Made by a program: the position numbers and the translations under genes. Below are positions 12,822-28,744 of a DNA stretch of 64,000 nt, piece after piece. This DNA comes from the human T2T-CHM13v2.0 reference genome, Homo sapiens: NCBI RefSeq assembly GCF_009914755.1, contig NC_060925.1; one strand, 5' to 3'. The notes under the pieces were generated by a model. That model saw only the letters and a program-made list of their open reading frames with translations, was not told the DNA's origin and did not search any database. Within the stretch, counting starts at the first letter, position 1, and the number at the start of each line of letters is the position of its first letter.

Positions 12822-12976
12822 CTTTTTTTTTTAATTAAAAAGATGTGGGTCTTGCTATGATGCCCAGGCTGGAGTGCAGTAGCTGTTCACAGCCTCGAAC
12901 CCCTGACCTCACATGATCCTTCTGCCTCAGCCTCCTGAATAGCTGGGACTACAGGTGCATGCCATTGTGTCTGGCC
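12822..12976 (-). mobile_element. FAM-like Alu monomer
   Basis: Monomer with 7SL-like GCAGTAGCTGTTCACAG; TSD ATCTAAGCAATC at 12805 and 12977. Confidence 0.75.
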
Positions 12977-12997
12977 ATCTAAGCAATCTTTAGCTAA

Positions 12998-13311
<314 letters not shown>

Positions 13312-14859
13312 TTCTCCTATGTTTTCGTCTCAGAATTTTATAGATTTTAAAATTTAGGCCTATAGTCTATTTTCAGTTAAAGCATATGGTGTGAGGTATG
13401 GGTTGAGGTTCGTTTTTCATTTTTTTTTTTTTTGCACGTAGACATCCAATTATTTCAGCACTATTTGTGGAAAAGACTCCTCTTTCTCCACTGAATTGCA
13501 TTTTGCCCCTTTGTAAGAAATCATTTATCCATATATATGAAGGTCTATTTCTGGACTCAGTTCTGTTAATTGATCCGGTGGTCTGTCTTTAAGCCAATAC
13601 CCCACTGTCTTGACTAGTGTGGCTGTATAACAAGTCTTGAAATCCTGTGAATCTAAGTCGTGTTAGCTCTGCAACTTTATTCTTGTTCAAGTTGTTCTGG
13701 CCACTCGAGGTCCTTTGCATTTCCATATGGATTTTAGAATTGGCTGTCAGTTTCCAGCACAAAGCCTGCTGGGATTTTGATTGGGATTGAGCCTCACATT
13801 GCTCTCTGCAGATGGCCTCTTCTGGAGCTATGCCACCTGCTGTCCTGCCACACCGGTGGGTGTAGGACCATATGAGTGACTGAGGGGCCAGCGCCCGTGG
13901 TCGGCAGAAGGGGAGGTTATTGGTATTTAATAAGGCATTTTCAGAGACACTCTGCATTGACCTTAGGGTTTCAGGATGGGATGCTTTTGGCTGAGCCCAG
14001 GTGTCCTCTGAGAAATGTGGACCGGAAGGATGAGGCATGCTCCCGGAAGTTAGCATCGCTCATGGCCCTCAGTCAGGGCATGGCAGAGGAACCACCCCTC
14101 TTGTAAAAGAGGCACACACAGCCCTCCTGCTGTAATCTGCCCCATGTCACCTGCTTTAGGCATTCATATTTGAGGCTCCACGGATGTGGTGAATGGGTGC
14201 CCTGGGAGGATGGGTAAGGGCAGGTGTGGGAGGAATTTCCTTTCCAGAACATTCCTTTGAGGAGGAGAGAAAAGGAACTTGGCCACTGTGGACCCGCTTG
14301 GGCTAGCTGCGTGTCTCTGTGTGTTGCTGGCTGTGACAGGTACTGTGGAATCCTTGCCTTCCAGGGGAGACCTGTGGCCGGCAGGAGCTGCCCGAGATCC
14401 CGGGGCAAATGCCTCCCCTCCCTTCACCACCACCCCCTCCCCTCTCTCCCCTCTTATGCCCGCACCATGGCTTTACCTAGCCCTGCTCTTCAGTGAAGGT
14501 ATCTTGCAGAGGGCGTATGGTTGGAGAGGAAGGCAGGGCTCTGAGGATGCTATGATGTGCCATTTCTTTGGGCTTTTCCGAGGACTGCTCACTTGAGGCT
14601 TCCCCTGGGGAGAAGGAGCTGTTAAACTGTCAAAATAAAAAGTCCACCAAACTCCTTAGGCCAGTCGAAAGCACCTAACTCAGACCACAGGCAGCAAGAG
14701 CAACAGATTTCCCTGCAATATGTTACAAGGGGAAGAAAAGACTATTGGGGAACTTAAAAGAAATGCAGGAAAAGTTTCAAAGATGGGAATATACCTAGTC
14801 AATCATACATTAAATTTGGGATTCATAAAAAGAAATTGTGGTGAAAATCTTCCCAAATA

Positions 14860-15490
14860 AGTTTTTATTCTAGAATTTGATGACAAATCTCTCACGGCGC
14901 TGGTTATCCCGTAGGTGTGGTATTCTGAAATACAACCCGAGGCATATATATTGTCAAATAATAAAGTATTATGAAACCAATCAGCTGTGAGCTCCCCACT
15001 TGGCAGTTTGGAAGTAAAACCCTTTCTCCTTTACAAGGCCAAGTGACTCTTAATTCTTCCCAGGAGATTTCACGTTAAAATGTGTTCACTGCCAGCTGAC
15101 AAAAGAGGCGAGTCCAGATTTATTACCCTGGCACCTGCAGCAAAAAAAAAATGACGGATGATGAAAATATATTTAATTATCATTCCATGCCACATCTCTG
15201 TCTGCTCCAGTCGCGGGGCTGCAGCTGTTGGCACACACTTTATTTTAAAGTCAATGTGCTTATCTGGAGAGAAGGCTGCTCTCTGAGTAAATTGACTTGA
15301 GGGAGGAAGGAAATGGCGATCTCCTCCAGACCCAGCTGAACAAATGCAGATTTGTATTCTGTGCGCCTGCTTTAATTGTCTAATCCGCCCGACATCACAT
15401 CAGCTCTGGGATTTGGCTTTTGTAAAGAAAACATTTGCAAAAAGTAAACTTTTCCGTGGTTTTCTTGAGCCAAAATGAATGATTTTCCTT
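14860..15490. promoter_or_regulatory. Candidate conserved enhancer block
   Basis: Repeat-free and AT-rich with retained CpGs; four CAGCTG, TGACA/TGTCA, TAATCC and TAATTG motifs. Confidence 0.35.
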
Positions 15491-16458
15491 CCTGGACTGA
15501 AAAGTGCTGGCCGACAGTGGATGCTCATGTTTCTGCTGCAGGCACGGAAATCACTGTTAGTTGCATCTCAGAATGGAAGGAGCCCTAGACAGTCCCTGGT
15601 GGACCGTCTCCTTCACCAGATGGAGACCCCGCAGAGTCTGGAGGGGTGGGCTCAGGGTCTCAGAAGGTGGGAGGTCGGAAACTGGAGACCAGAACTTCTG
15701 GCTCCCAGGAAGCCACTGTGTTTTTGTGACTCGAGGCTGTCGGAGGTCTAACTGTTTAAGGTTATGCGCCTGAGCCTGGAGGATGGCCTCAGAGAATTGC
15801 CTTCCTCTTTCTCTTCCGTTAAAACCTTCTGGAAAATAAAAACTTGGGATGGAGCAGCAGTGCCCTGACTGAGGTGGAAAGCATCAGATTTCTTGGAGTG
15901 AAGTCTGCGGGGACTTAGGTTGGCTGCTGAAAGTCTGTGCCATTAGTTCCTGCCTATGATGTGTTGTTTTCGACAAAAGTAGCCCAGATAATAGGCAGTA
16001 TCTAATGTGGCAATTTTCCTATATCTCTTCTTATCAGGAGAAGCCACTCGATGTTTTGTATATGGTGGGATTTAGTACAAAGTGATGGCATTTCCACTGA
16101 AATGAAATACAATCACTGGTTTAGCAGTTAGGATTCAGGGAGGAGAGATGATGCTGAGTGTTTCTGGTGGTGCCTGGTGTCACTGGTGGCCAGAGGCAGA
16201 TGCCTGTGGATGGGGGCAGGAGGGGGATGAGGTTTCTGTAAATGGAGCTAACTCAGGGGTTGGGGGAGAGGGAGGCTCATTTCTCCTGACCTTCTCTTTG
16301 ATGAATAAGGATTCAAGATTGTATCTGCTGAGCCTGCAGGACATGAGAACTGGGAGAGGAAAGAGAGCTCTGGCTTATGGATTTGGGCTGTGACCAGAGC
16401 TCTTTTGCCACCAAGCTTTTTGATGTATTGACCAGAAGTTACTATAAACCAGAGAGAG

Positions 16459-17880
<1,422 letters not shown>

Positions 17881-17884
17881 TTAA

Positions 17885-18050
17885 TTTATGTATCACTTCT
17901 TATGTACCAGACCTTTGGAGAAATCCCTTAAATTGGTCATCTCCTTTAATCTCAGGGGGCAGATATTCTGCCTGTTTTACAGATGAGAAAACAGAAGTCT
18001 CGGTAAGTAACAGAACTAGGACTTGAAGCCAGGACTTGGAGTCCACTCTC
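17885..18050 (-). mobile_element. MIR
   Basis: TTTTACAGATGAGAAAACAG core. Confidence 0.6.
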
Positions 18051-19549
18051 ATAGCCATACCTTTTTATTTAGGGGCTTTAAATATATACAGTACTGTTAA
18101 GATTTTATAGGATAAAAGGATGAAAGGAGACGTCAACTCTGTACTTTTGTCAAGAGAAATGTTTGAGGATGCAATAATTTTGAGTTTGAAGACTGGCCCA
18201 TGGGGATTTCCTTTCCCATGTGGCTGGCAAATGGGGAGAGAGGTACCCCCCTCAGCTCTGGGGACCAGGGCGGCTGAGAGACTGGTTGGCTGGGGTCAGG
18301 GCTGGGGTGGGGAGGATGGAGGAGGCGCTGCAGAGAGCTGGCCCTGGGGACTTGGTTGCGTCACAGCAGGAGGTGGGGAGCAAAGGGGAGGTGCCAGGCT
18401 CTGCTCCATGCTGGCAGCCCTGGGGCCACGGCAGCAGGGGAGGGATGCGTCTGGGGCTCTTGAAGGCTTGGCTGGCGGGCCTTGGGAAAGAAGTCAACCA
18501 TGCTGTCCTCCCAGGTCTCCTGGGCTATGTGAGCAGCAGCATGGCCTGTTCTGCTGTGTGTTTGTCCTGCTGGGTTGCCTTGTTTTCACATGGTCAGTCG
18601 GAGCTGGTAGGCTGGGCCAAGTGGTTCATACTCTGATCTCTCTGTCCTGGCCACACAGCCTCCAGGAAGCTTGAGCTTTGTTTTTCTGGCCTTTCATGAT
18701 CTCCTCTGGCTCCCTGTGGCCCATCTGGGACTCTGGGTTTGGTGCTTGACTGCGGTATAGACTGACCAGTATTATGGCTTCATGCTTCTTGGCTGAGCTG
18801 CCCAGACACATGACAGGGCTGTGGCCACCAGAAGATGGAGACGTGTCACATTCTCCTCGCTGCCCTGCGGCCCCACTGTTTACATCAGTTCCCAAGACGT
18901 TTGGGCCTGACAGATATGAGTCTCTCAAAGAGCAGCTTTTAGCAGATATTTGTCATGCGTCCATTGTCCACCAGGCACAGTCCTCGCCCTGGGACCCAGC
19001 ATGAATGTGGCTTGGGAAAACTCAGGGAGTTGCCATGACCCATAGGGCTGGCCCACACACTCACATGTGTTGTTATGAGACCCTAGGGCCTTTGGGATTT
19101 GGGTTCGTAACCAGAGGAGCAGGCGTGGAGCGTCAGAGGTCAAGGAGATGGACATGTCATCACTAGTTCAGCAGGGGAACTGCGGGCAAAGAAATTAATA
19201 CTGATTTTATTTCCAAGTGAGGCTGATGACTCTCCTTTTTACATTAATTTTTATTAAGCATTTTATGTATTATTCCAAAACCACATACTATGCAGAGACA
19301 GTTTAGAACACATTATGGGTTGTGCATTTCATAATTATCATATGGCCTCAGTCCAGAATGTAGAAAAGAAAATAAACACAATCATTTTCCAATAGAAGGG
19401 AATCATTGATAATGTGTGGACAGGACTTGGAGCTGCCAGCACCGCCCATGGGCTCTGGGCTCAGGACCCAGCACAACTCCATGCACAGCAAAGTGGCTCC
19501 AACCTGTCCTCCTGCCATGGCCTCCCGTCCTCTCTGTCTCCAGCCTGCA

Positions 19550-19910
19550 GGGGTCCTGCTTAGCCTGGTCCCCTGTGGCGAGAGTTCTTCCTCTCCACCT
19601 TCTGCTGTCTGGACCCTATTTATTCCCTGGGGCAGGACTCAGCACAGAAGCCCTTCTTGCTGCTCAGATCTCACCTCAGAGAAGCCCAAACCCAAGCAAA
19701 CCCCGGTCACCCTTCGTCACGGCGCAGGGCTCTGTTTTCATCTTGGCACTTCCTCTCCAAGGCTTCTGCCTAGCATCTGTCTCCCTGCTTCAATGCAAGC
19801 TCCATGAGAGCAGGCACCTTCTCTGTTCACCCCAGCACCCCAAGCAACTGGGCGAGTGCCGGGCACAGAGCAGGCATGAGCAGATGCTCGCTGGATGAAT
19901 GCATGCATGA
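19550..19910 (+). mobile_element. L2 3' fragment
   Basis: ATGCAAGCTCCATGAGAGCAGG...GGATGAATGCATG. Confidence 0.6.
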
Positions 19911-20071
19911 CTGTGCATCTCCTCCACTGGACTGTGAGCTCCTCCAGGCCAGGGACAGCTCTACTTGGCCACATGGCCAATGCCAGCATATCCGTGTCTA
20001 AGCAGAAGTGTGTTGAGTTGAGTCCCCACCCTGCACCTGTGAAATCTTCAACTAGGTGCTGGGATGGAGTT

Positions 20072-20539
20072 TGTATTAGTCAGGGTTCTCTAGAGAAACA
20101 GGACCCCTACTATATATATGAATGATATTTATGTGAGATTTATAAGGAATGGCTCATGAGATTATGGAGGCTGAGAAGTCCCATGATCTACTCTCTGTGA
20201 ACTGGAAACCCAGGAGAGCTGGTTTTGGAATTCTAGTCTGAGTTCACAGGAACACCACTGGTGTAAGTCCCAGTTCAAGGTCAGAAGACCAAGGCCCAGC
20301 TCCAGCAGGCAGGCAGAGAGAGGGTTCTGCTTCCCCTCACCTTTCTGCTCTACTCAGATGCTCAGTGGATTGGATGATGCCCCCCACACTGGGGAGGAAG
20401 CCCTGCTTTACTCACCTACTGATTCAAAGCCTAATCTCATCCAGAGACACTCCCACAGACATACCTGGAAATAATGTTTGGCTGAGTGTCTGGGAATCCT
20501 GTGATCCAGTCAAGCTGACACCTAAAATGAACCATCACA
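20072..20539 (-). mobile_element. MLT2 (ERVL) solo LTR
   Basis: TGTATTAGTCAGGGTTCTCTAGAG...AAAATGAACCATCACA; 5-bp TSD GAGTT/GAGTC. Confidence 0.85.
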
Positions 20540-20859
20540 GAGTCCCTCCTGGGGACCTAGTGCCAGGCTAGGGTCTGTGAATCGTTCAGCAGAAAAGAAG
20601 AAATGGGCCTTTTGGGGGCCAAGGGTCCAGAGGAGTGACACTTAAGGACTCTAGGGGCAATAGAAACGAGGGCCTCAGTGTGCACTGGGGATTACTGGAG
20701 CCCTCGGAGTTGAGGGAGGCCAGAGAAGGATAGATGGCAGGTGTCCACACAGCCCCCTTCCTCACCGACACCCACCTCTTCATCTGCCAAGGCCGGGCTC
20801 AGCACTATCCCCCATTTGTGATGGACTCTGCAGGGTGTCCTGACAGGTGGGCACTGTGC

Positions 20860-21675
20860 TCACAGGCAGGGGGTCCTCACAGGGAGGGGGGTCCTCAGAG
20901 GGAGAGGGATCCTCCCGGGGAAGGGGGATCCTCACGGGGAAGGGCATCCTCAGGGGGAAGGGGGATCCTCAGGGGGAAGGGCATCCTCATGGGGAGGGGG
21001 ATCCTCAGGGGGAAGGGGGATCCTCATGGGGAGGGGGATCCTCAGGGGGAGGGGAGATCCTCATGAGGAGGGGGGATCCTCACGGGGAGGGGGGGATCCT
21101 CCTCACAGGGAGGTGGATCCTCACGGGGAAGGGATCCTCACGGGGAGGAGGATCCTCACGGGGAGGGGGATCCTCAGGGGGAGGGGGATCCTCACGGGGA
21201 GGGGATCCTCAGGGGGAGGGGGATCCTCAGGGGGAGGGGGATCCTCAGGGGGAGGGGGATCCTCAGGGGGAGGGGGATCCTCACGGGGAGGGGATCCTCA
21301 GGGGGAGGTGGATCCTCACGGGGAGGGGATCCTCAGGCGGAGGGGGATCCTCCTCAGGGGGAGGGGGGATCCTCACGGGGAGTGGGGATCCTCCAAGGGG
21401 AGGGGGATCCTCACGGGGAGGGGGATCCTCATGGGGAGAGGGATCCTCACGGGGAGGGGGATCCTCAGAGGGAGGGGGGATCCTTGGGGGGAGGGGGATC
21501 CTCACAGGGTGGGGGGATCCTCACAGGGAGGGGGATCCTCACAGGGAGGGGGATCCTCACAGGGAAAGGGGATCCTCAGGGGGAGGGGGGATCCTTGCAA
21601 GGTGGGGGGATCCTTGCAGGCAAGGGGAGATTCTTACAGGGAAGGTGTGTCCTTAGGTAGGAGGGACCCTCACAG
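20860..21675 (+). repeat. G-rich ~18-bp VNTR (GGGGAGGGGGATCCTCA[C/G])
   Basis: About 40 units; ~36 GGATCC sites counted by eye. Confidence 0.97.
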
Positions 21676-22099
21676 GTAGGCATGACTAGTCTCATTTTCT
21701 GCCGAGGAGCCCACATGGCCTGGAAGTGCAGAGCAGGGATGGAACTGAGGTTCGCCGACTTCCAGTCCCTGGTGTTTCCCTCGTCCTGTCTGCTGCCCCT
21801 CTGGTATGTCTGAAGCTCCCCATAGCTCTCAATAGCTGCATGTAGAGTTCCAGCATGACTGGGAATTGTTTTCAGTTGTCTGCGGGGCACTGGGCACAGC
21901 CGCACTTGAAGTCGTAGGACACCATTGGGAGACCGGGCTGTCTCCAAGAGAAAGATGCCCAGTGGCCCCCAAAGCCTTCTTGAATCGCACACTTACCCCA
22001 GCTCTCCAGCTTTTCCGAATCCGAGTCCCTCAGAGGCCAGGCACTGGGGTGTTCATTGAGCAGCAAGGAAGCCGTGACCGGGAGAGTGTGGGGACTTGG

Positions 22100-22560
22100 T
22101 GCCTGCATGTGGCTCCCCTAGACACTGACCCGAGGCACAGATTTAGGTGTAAATGGCCTATTTAGGAGGTCATCCCAGAAAACACGTCAGGGAGGGTGGG
22201 GCTCCAGTCAGCCCAGTGTTAATGAGCAGGTTAGCGCCGTGGGCAATTGGGGCCCTTCAGTGACAGCAGGGAGCACACCTCAGGGTGTCCCCTGACAGGC
22301 GAGGAAGCTCTCGTCCTTCATGGGTGAGAGTCACTCCTGAAGTATTAGTACCTAGCACTTCTGGGCAGTCCTGCAGTGCAGGTGACCTCTGGAAGGGTGG
22401 AGGCCGTACAGGTGAGGCCTGCAGTTCTGCTCCTGTGCCCAGCCAGCAGTGCCTGGGATGGGCTAGAAGCCCATGTGTCCACTATAGGCATGGCCAGGGC
22501 TCTTTTCCATGACTGCGGAAGGAGAGGTGGGAGCCTTGGCTTGGTAAATGCAGCCACTGA
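22100..22560. mobile_element. Old ERVL LTR (LTR33-like) remnant
   Basis: GATTTAGGTGTAAATGGCCTATTTAGGAGGTCATCCCAGAAAACAC resembles the recalled LTR33 consensus. Confidence 0.4.
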
Positions 22561-23015
22561 AGAGCCTGAGAACCAGGAAAACTTGCCGAGGATGGACAAC
22601 ACTGGCCTTGCTCGAGTGAGTCAGGGCTGCGCTGCTGTCCTGGGAAAGCTTCACCCACGGGCTTCATGCAAGGCTGCCCCTGTCTATGCCCTGATTCTCT
22701 TTTTTCTTTTTTCTTTTTTTTTTTTTAAAGAAATCTCATTTTACAAATGGTTTTCTGCACATTCCAAGTGCTGTTCCCAGCATTTACACCCTGCTTCATA
22801 ATTGGCCTATACAATACACCCTGTTCAGAATTTTTAATCAACTGTGGCAAGTTGCCCCAGCAATTTAAATAAAAATATATAAATGAATTTAGTATTTTAA
22901 TATTACAGTGACATTAACCTTATATATGTACTTAGCAATTTTGAACAGTATTACAATTTTATAAAATATTCTTCATTTGGCTGGTGGATAAACCCCAGAG
23001 TTAAACCATGGGCTC

Positions 23016-23323
23016 ACTTGGTACTGTGGCTCATGCTATAATCCCAGCACTTTGGGAGGCTGAAGCAGGAGGATCACTTGAGTCCAGGAGTTCGAGAGCA
23101 GCCTGGGCAACATAGTGAGACCCCTATTTCTACACAAAAATAATGATAAAAAATTAGCTGGATGTGGTGGCCTATAATCCCAGCTACTTGGGAGGCTAAG
23201 GTGAGAGGATCACCTGAGCCCAGGAGATCAAGGTTGCAGTGAGCTATGATTGTGCCATTGCACTCCAGCCTGGGTGACAGAGTGAGACCCTGTCTCTAAA
23301 AAAATAAAAAATAAAACCAAAAC
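23016..23323 (+). mobile_element. AluJ
   Basis: J-type Alu; TSD AAACCATGGGCTC at 23003 and 23324. Confidence 0.93.
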
Positions 23324-24164
23324 AAACCATGGGCTCTTTGTGCCACAAACAGAGAAGGGAGCTGAGCCAGTTGGGAGGAGCACAAGCTGTAGCCAGGTCT
23401 GCCCTGAGAGGCCTGATAGTCTGAGTGGCCCTGTACCCCTGTGAGGCCAGTGTGGCCAGCCGTGATGGGCAGCACGGCCAGACACGATGTTTGCGTGTTT
23501 AAGGACTTCAGTCTGTGCTTGGACACTCTCACTCAGAGTGGCCCCTGGGCAGTCTGCTCTGGGCCGAGCAGGGCATGAGAAGGTGCCACAGGGCAGAACG
23601 AGAACACGAATGCAGAGGCCCCGGCTCCAGCTTCCAGTGATTTCTGTTGGGGGCCTTCGATGTCCTGGGCAACGTGCTGACCACTCTGTAAGCACTATCC
23701 CTGCTCAAGGTCACCAGCAACCTGCTTGTGGCTGGTGCCGTGACTGGCCCTCATTCCTTATCTCGTGGGACCCCATTAGCAGCGGTTAACACAGCCACTC
23801 CGGCCCTCCTCCCCTCCTCCCCTCCGTCCTTCCTCCCCTCTTTTCCTCCTCCCCTCCTCCCTGACCGTCCTCACCTGGCGTCCAGGACACCATGGTTCCT
23901 GGTTTTCCTCCCTCCTCTCAGCCTCCTCAGGGCTCAACTGTGGTCCCCTTGTCTCCCATTGTCTACCTTGGGGCTGCTACAGTCAGGAGCATTGAGGGTC
24001 CCTGTGGCAGAGGGGAGGAGGCACCTGATTTCAGAGAGCGGGGAAGTGCAACCTGTCCTGCACCAGAAATAGGTGGCGCCCCACACCTCCTCACTCATTT
24101 CCCAACTCTGCCCTTTCCTCCCTCAGCGTCTTCTCAACACGGCGGCCAGGGATTCTGCTTTCCT

Positions 24165-24965
<801 letters not shown>

Positions 24966-24989
24966 AGAGTGACTCTTTTAGAACACAGG

Positions 24990-25800
24990 TCAGTCCGTGA
25001 CAGTCCTCTGTTCAACCCGGGCCTTCCTGTTCTCTCAGTGGAGAAGCCCAAAGCCTTTATGATGGTCCCCAGGACCTGTACACCCCACCCCATCACGTCC
25101 TGCAGCCACACTGAGCTCCTGCTCTTGCTCAGACACCTGGGCACACTGCTGCCTTATGGCACAGGCACAGGCTGCTCTCCTGTCCCCTCTGCCTGGACAC
25201 CCTTCCCCAGGCGGTCCCATGCTGTCCTCCACCACCCTCCAGTGTTTGCCCCAGTGACTGCACCACCTGCCCCGGTCTCCCTGTGTCACATTGCGTCATA
25301 ACCCTCCCATGCATTTCAGAGCCCCTACCTGTTTCTCTCGTTTAAAATAACATTTATCACTTTCTGACATACTACAGACAGTCTTTGACTTGCCGTGGTT
25401 CGTTTTGCAGTTTTTCCACTGTACCAATGGTGAAAGTGATACGCATTCAGTAGAAACCATACTTCGAATTTTGAATTTTGATTTTTTCCCAACTCTAGAC
25501 TAATGGAAATGCTCTGAGCATATTTAAGGTAGGCAAAGCTATGGTGTTTGATAGGTTAGGTGTAGTAAATGCATTTCTGACTTAATGACATTTTCAGCTT
25601 ACAGTGGGTTTATTGGGACGTAGCCCCATCGTACGTCGAGGAGCGCCTGCGTGTGGTTTGTGTTTTTATTATGTGCATTGTCTGGCTCCTACTCTGAGAG
25701 GGCAGGGATCTTGTGTGTTTTGTTTACTGATGTATCCTGTCCACCTAGAGCAGTATTTGGCATATGATGGGTACTCAAATACTTGTATGAATCAATGAAT
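24990..25800 (+). mobile_element. L2, interrupted by a MER47-like element
   Basis: Ends GTACTCAAATACTTGTATGAATCAATGAAT (L2 tail). Confidence 0.6.
25375..25649 (-). mobile_element. MER47A-like TcMar-Tigger DNA transposon
   Basis: Reverse complement starts CAGGCGCTCCTCGACGTACGATGGGGCTACGTCCCAATAAACCC; TA precedes the left end. Confidence 0.7.
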
Positions 25801-25967
25801 CTTTTTTGATAACAGCTTTATTGTGATATAATTCATATAGCTTACAATTCACCCATTAAAATGTATAGTTCCATGGATTTAGTGTATTCAGGCAGTTGTG
25901 CAACCATCAGCACAACCAATTTTGCAACACTTTTTATAACCCACAAAGGAAACCCTATGCCCTTTAT

Positions 25968-26296
<329 letters not shown>

Positions 26297-26821
26297 TAGC
26301 TGTCACTCCTGTCTCCCCGGGCCTAGGCAACCATTTTCTGTCTCTATAGATTTGCCTATTCTGGACATTTTATATAAATGGAATCATGAGATGTATGGTC
26401 TTTTGTGCCTGGCTTCTTTCACTTATCATAATGTTTTCAAGTTTCATCCATGTTGTAGCGTGTATCAGTACTTCATTCCTTTTTATTGCTGGATAACATC
26501 CTGTTGTATGGATTAAGCCACACTTTATTTGTTCATTCGTTAGTCGACGGACAATAGGTTTGCTTCCACTTTTGGGCTATGATGAATCGTACTGCTTTGA
26601 CCCATCTTGTATAATCCCTTTTGTGGGGACACATGTTTTCAGTTTTCTTGGGCATATACCTAAGAGTGAAATTGCTCGGTCACATGGCAACTCCATGTTT
26701 AACCTTTTGAGGAACTGCCAGCCTGTTTTCCAAAGCTGCTGCACCATCTGAAATTCCCACTAGCTGTATAGGGGAGTTCCAGTTTCTCCACATCCTCAGG
26801 TGATATTATTGTCTTTCTTTC

Positions 26822-27130
26822 TCTTCTTTTTTTTTTTTTCTTTTTTTAGAGACAAGGTCTCAATCTGTCACCCAGGCTGGAGTACAGTGGTGTGATCATA
26901 GCTCACTACAGCCTAAATACCTGGGCTCAAGCGATCCTCCTCCCTAAGCCTCCTGAGTAGCTAGGACTGCAAGCACATGCCACTATGCCTGGCTAATTTT
27001 TAAAAGATTTTTTTAGAGCTGAGGTCTTGCTATACTGCCAAGGCTGGTCCTTGAACTCCTGGCCTTCTGAACTCTTGTCTTAGCCTCACACAGTGCCAGG
27101 ATTACAGGGATAAGCCATCTTGACTAGACC
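26822..27130 (-). mobile_element. AluJ (diverged)
   Basis: Poly-T followed by a diverged Alu reverse complement. Confidence 0.88.
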
Positions 27131-28015
27131 TATCTTTCTTTTTGATTATAGCCATCCTACTGGGTATGAGGTGGTATCTCATTGTGGTTTTGATTTGCAT
27201 TTCCCTGATGATTAATGATGTTGCATATCTTTTTATATATATTTGTGTATCTTCTTTGGGGAAATGTCTGTTAGAATCTTTGCCAATTTTAAAATAGTAT
27301 TTGTCTTTTTATCATTGTGTTGTGAGAGTTCTTTATATATTCTAGGTACAGATCCCTTGTCAGAGATAGGATTTGCAAATATTTTGTCCTGTTCTATGGG
27401 TTGTCTTTTCACTTCCTTCACCGTGTCCTTTGAAGCACAAAAGTTTTACATTTTGATGATGTTCCGTTTAGTTTTTCTTTTGCTGTTTGTGCTTTTGGTG
27501 TTATAACTAAGAAACCATTGCTTAATCCAAGGTCATAAAGATTTACTTCTATGTTTTTGTCTAAGAGTTTTGTAGCTGTAGCTCTGATGCTTAGGTCTTT
27601 GATTTATTTTGAGTTAATTTTTGTATACAGTGTGAGGGAGGGATCTAACTCCATTCTTTTGCATGTGGATATCCAGTTGTCCCAGCACCATTTGTTGAAA
27701 AGACTCTATTTTCCCCCATTGAATTATCTTGGTATCCTTTTTGTAAATCAATTGGCCATAAGTGTGAGGGTTAACTTCTGAACTCTCTATCTCTGTGCAG
27801 TGATCTGTATGTCCACCCTTATGCCCGTACCACACTGTCATGATTACTATAGCTTGGTAGTAAGTTTTGAAATTGAGAACTATGAGTCCTCCAACTTCTT
27901 TTCGCTTTTTCAAAATTGTTTGAAATCTTGTTTCAAGACTGTTTATTATTTGTATATGGGAATGCATCCCATGGAAAACATGGGGTGTGTTTCCATTTAT
28001 TTCCGTTGTCTTTAA

Positions 28016-28319
28016 TTTTTTTTTTTTTGTTTGAGACAGTCTCACTCTGTTTGCCCAGGCTGGAGTGCAGTAGTTCAATCTTGGCTCACTGCAACCTCCA
28101 CCTTCTCGGTTCAAGTGATTATCTCATCTCACCTCAGCCTCCTGAGTAGCTGGGATTACAGGCGCGTGTCACCATGCCTGACTAATTTTTTTTTTTTTTG
28201 AGTAGAGATGGTGTTTCACCATGTTGGCCAGGCTGGTCTTGAACTCCTGACCTCAAGTGATCCACCACCTCGGCCTCCCAAAGTGCTGGGATTACAGGCA
28301 TGAGCCACCACCCCTGGCC
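28016..28319 (-). mobile_element. AluSx-like
   Basis: TSD TGTCTTTAATT at 28007 and 28320. Confidence 0.92.
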
Positions 28320-28744
28320 TGTCTTTAATTCTTTTCAACAATGTTATATATAGTTTTCAGAGTATAAGTTTTGCATTTCTTTTGTTAAATTTTCCTAAGT
28401 ATTTTATCCTTTTGATGCTATTACAGATGGAATTATTTTCTTAATTTTATTTCCAGAATTTTTCATTGTAAATATATGGAAATGCAATTGATTTTTGTTT
28501 GTTGATCTTGTATCCTGCAACCTTGGTGAACTTGTTTATCAGTTCTAATAGAGTTTTCGTGGATTCTTCAGGATTTTCTACATACAAGATCATCTCATCT
28601 GTGAATTGAGACAGTTTTACTTTTTCCTTTCCAATATGGATACCTTTTGTTTCTTTTTCTTGCCTAATTTCTCCACCTAGAACCTCCAGTACAATGTTGA
28701 ATGGAAGGAATAAATGAATCTAAATCCTAACGTCATGTCAGTAA

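Noticed and set aside
15542-15666. Putative exon (CTGCAG|G ... AAG|GTGGGA)
   Set aside because: Weak pyrimidine tract and unrecognised peptide; such site pairs are common by chance
20847-21679. Collagen-like or Gly-rich ORFs (GEGDPQ repeats)
   Set aside because: Artefact of the 18-bp VNTR; indels shift the frames and no splice or gene context is evident
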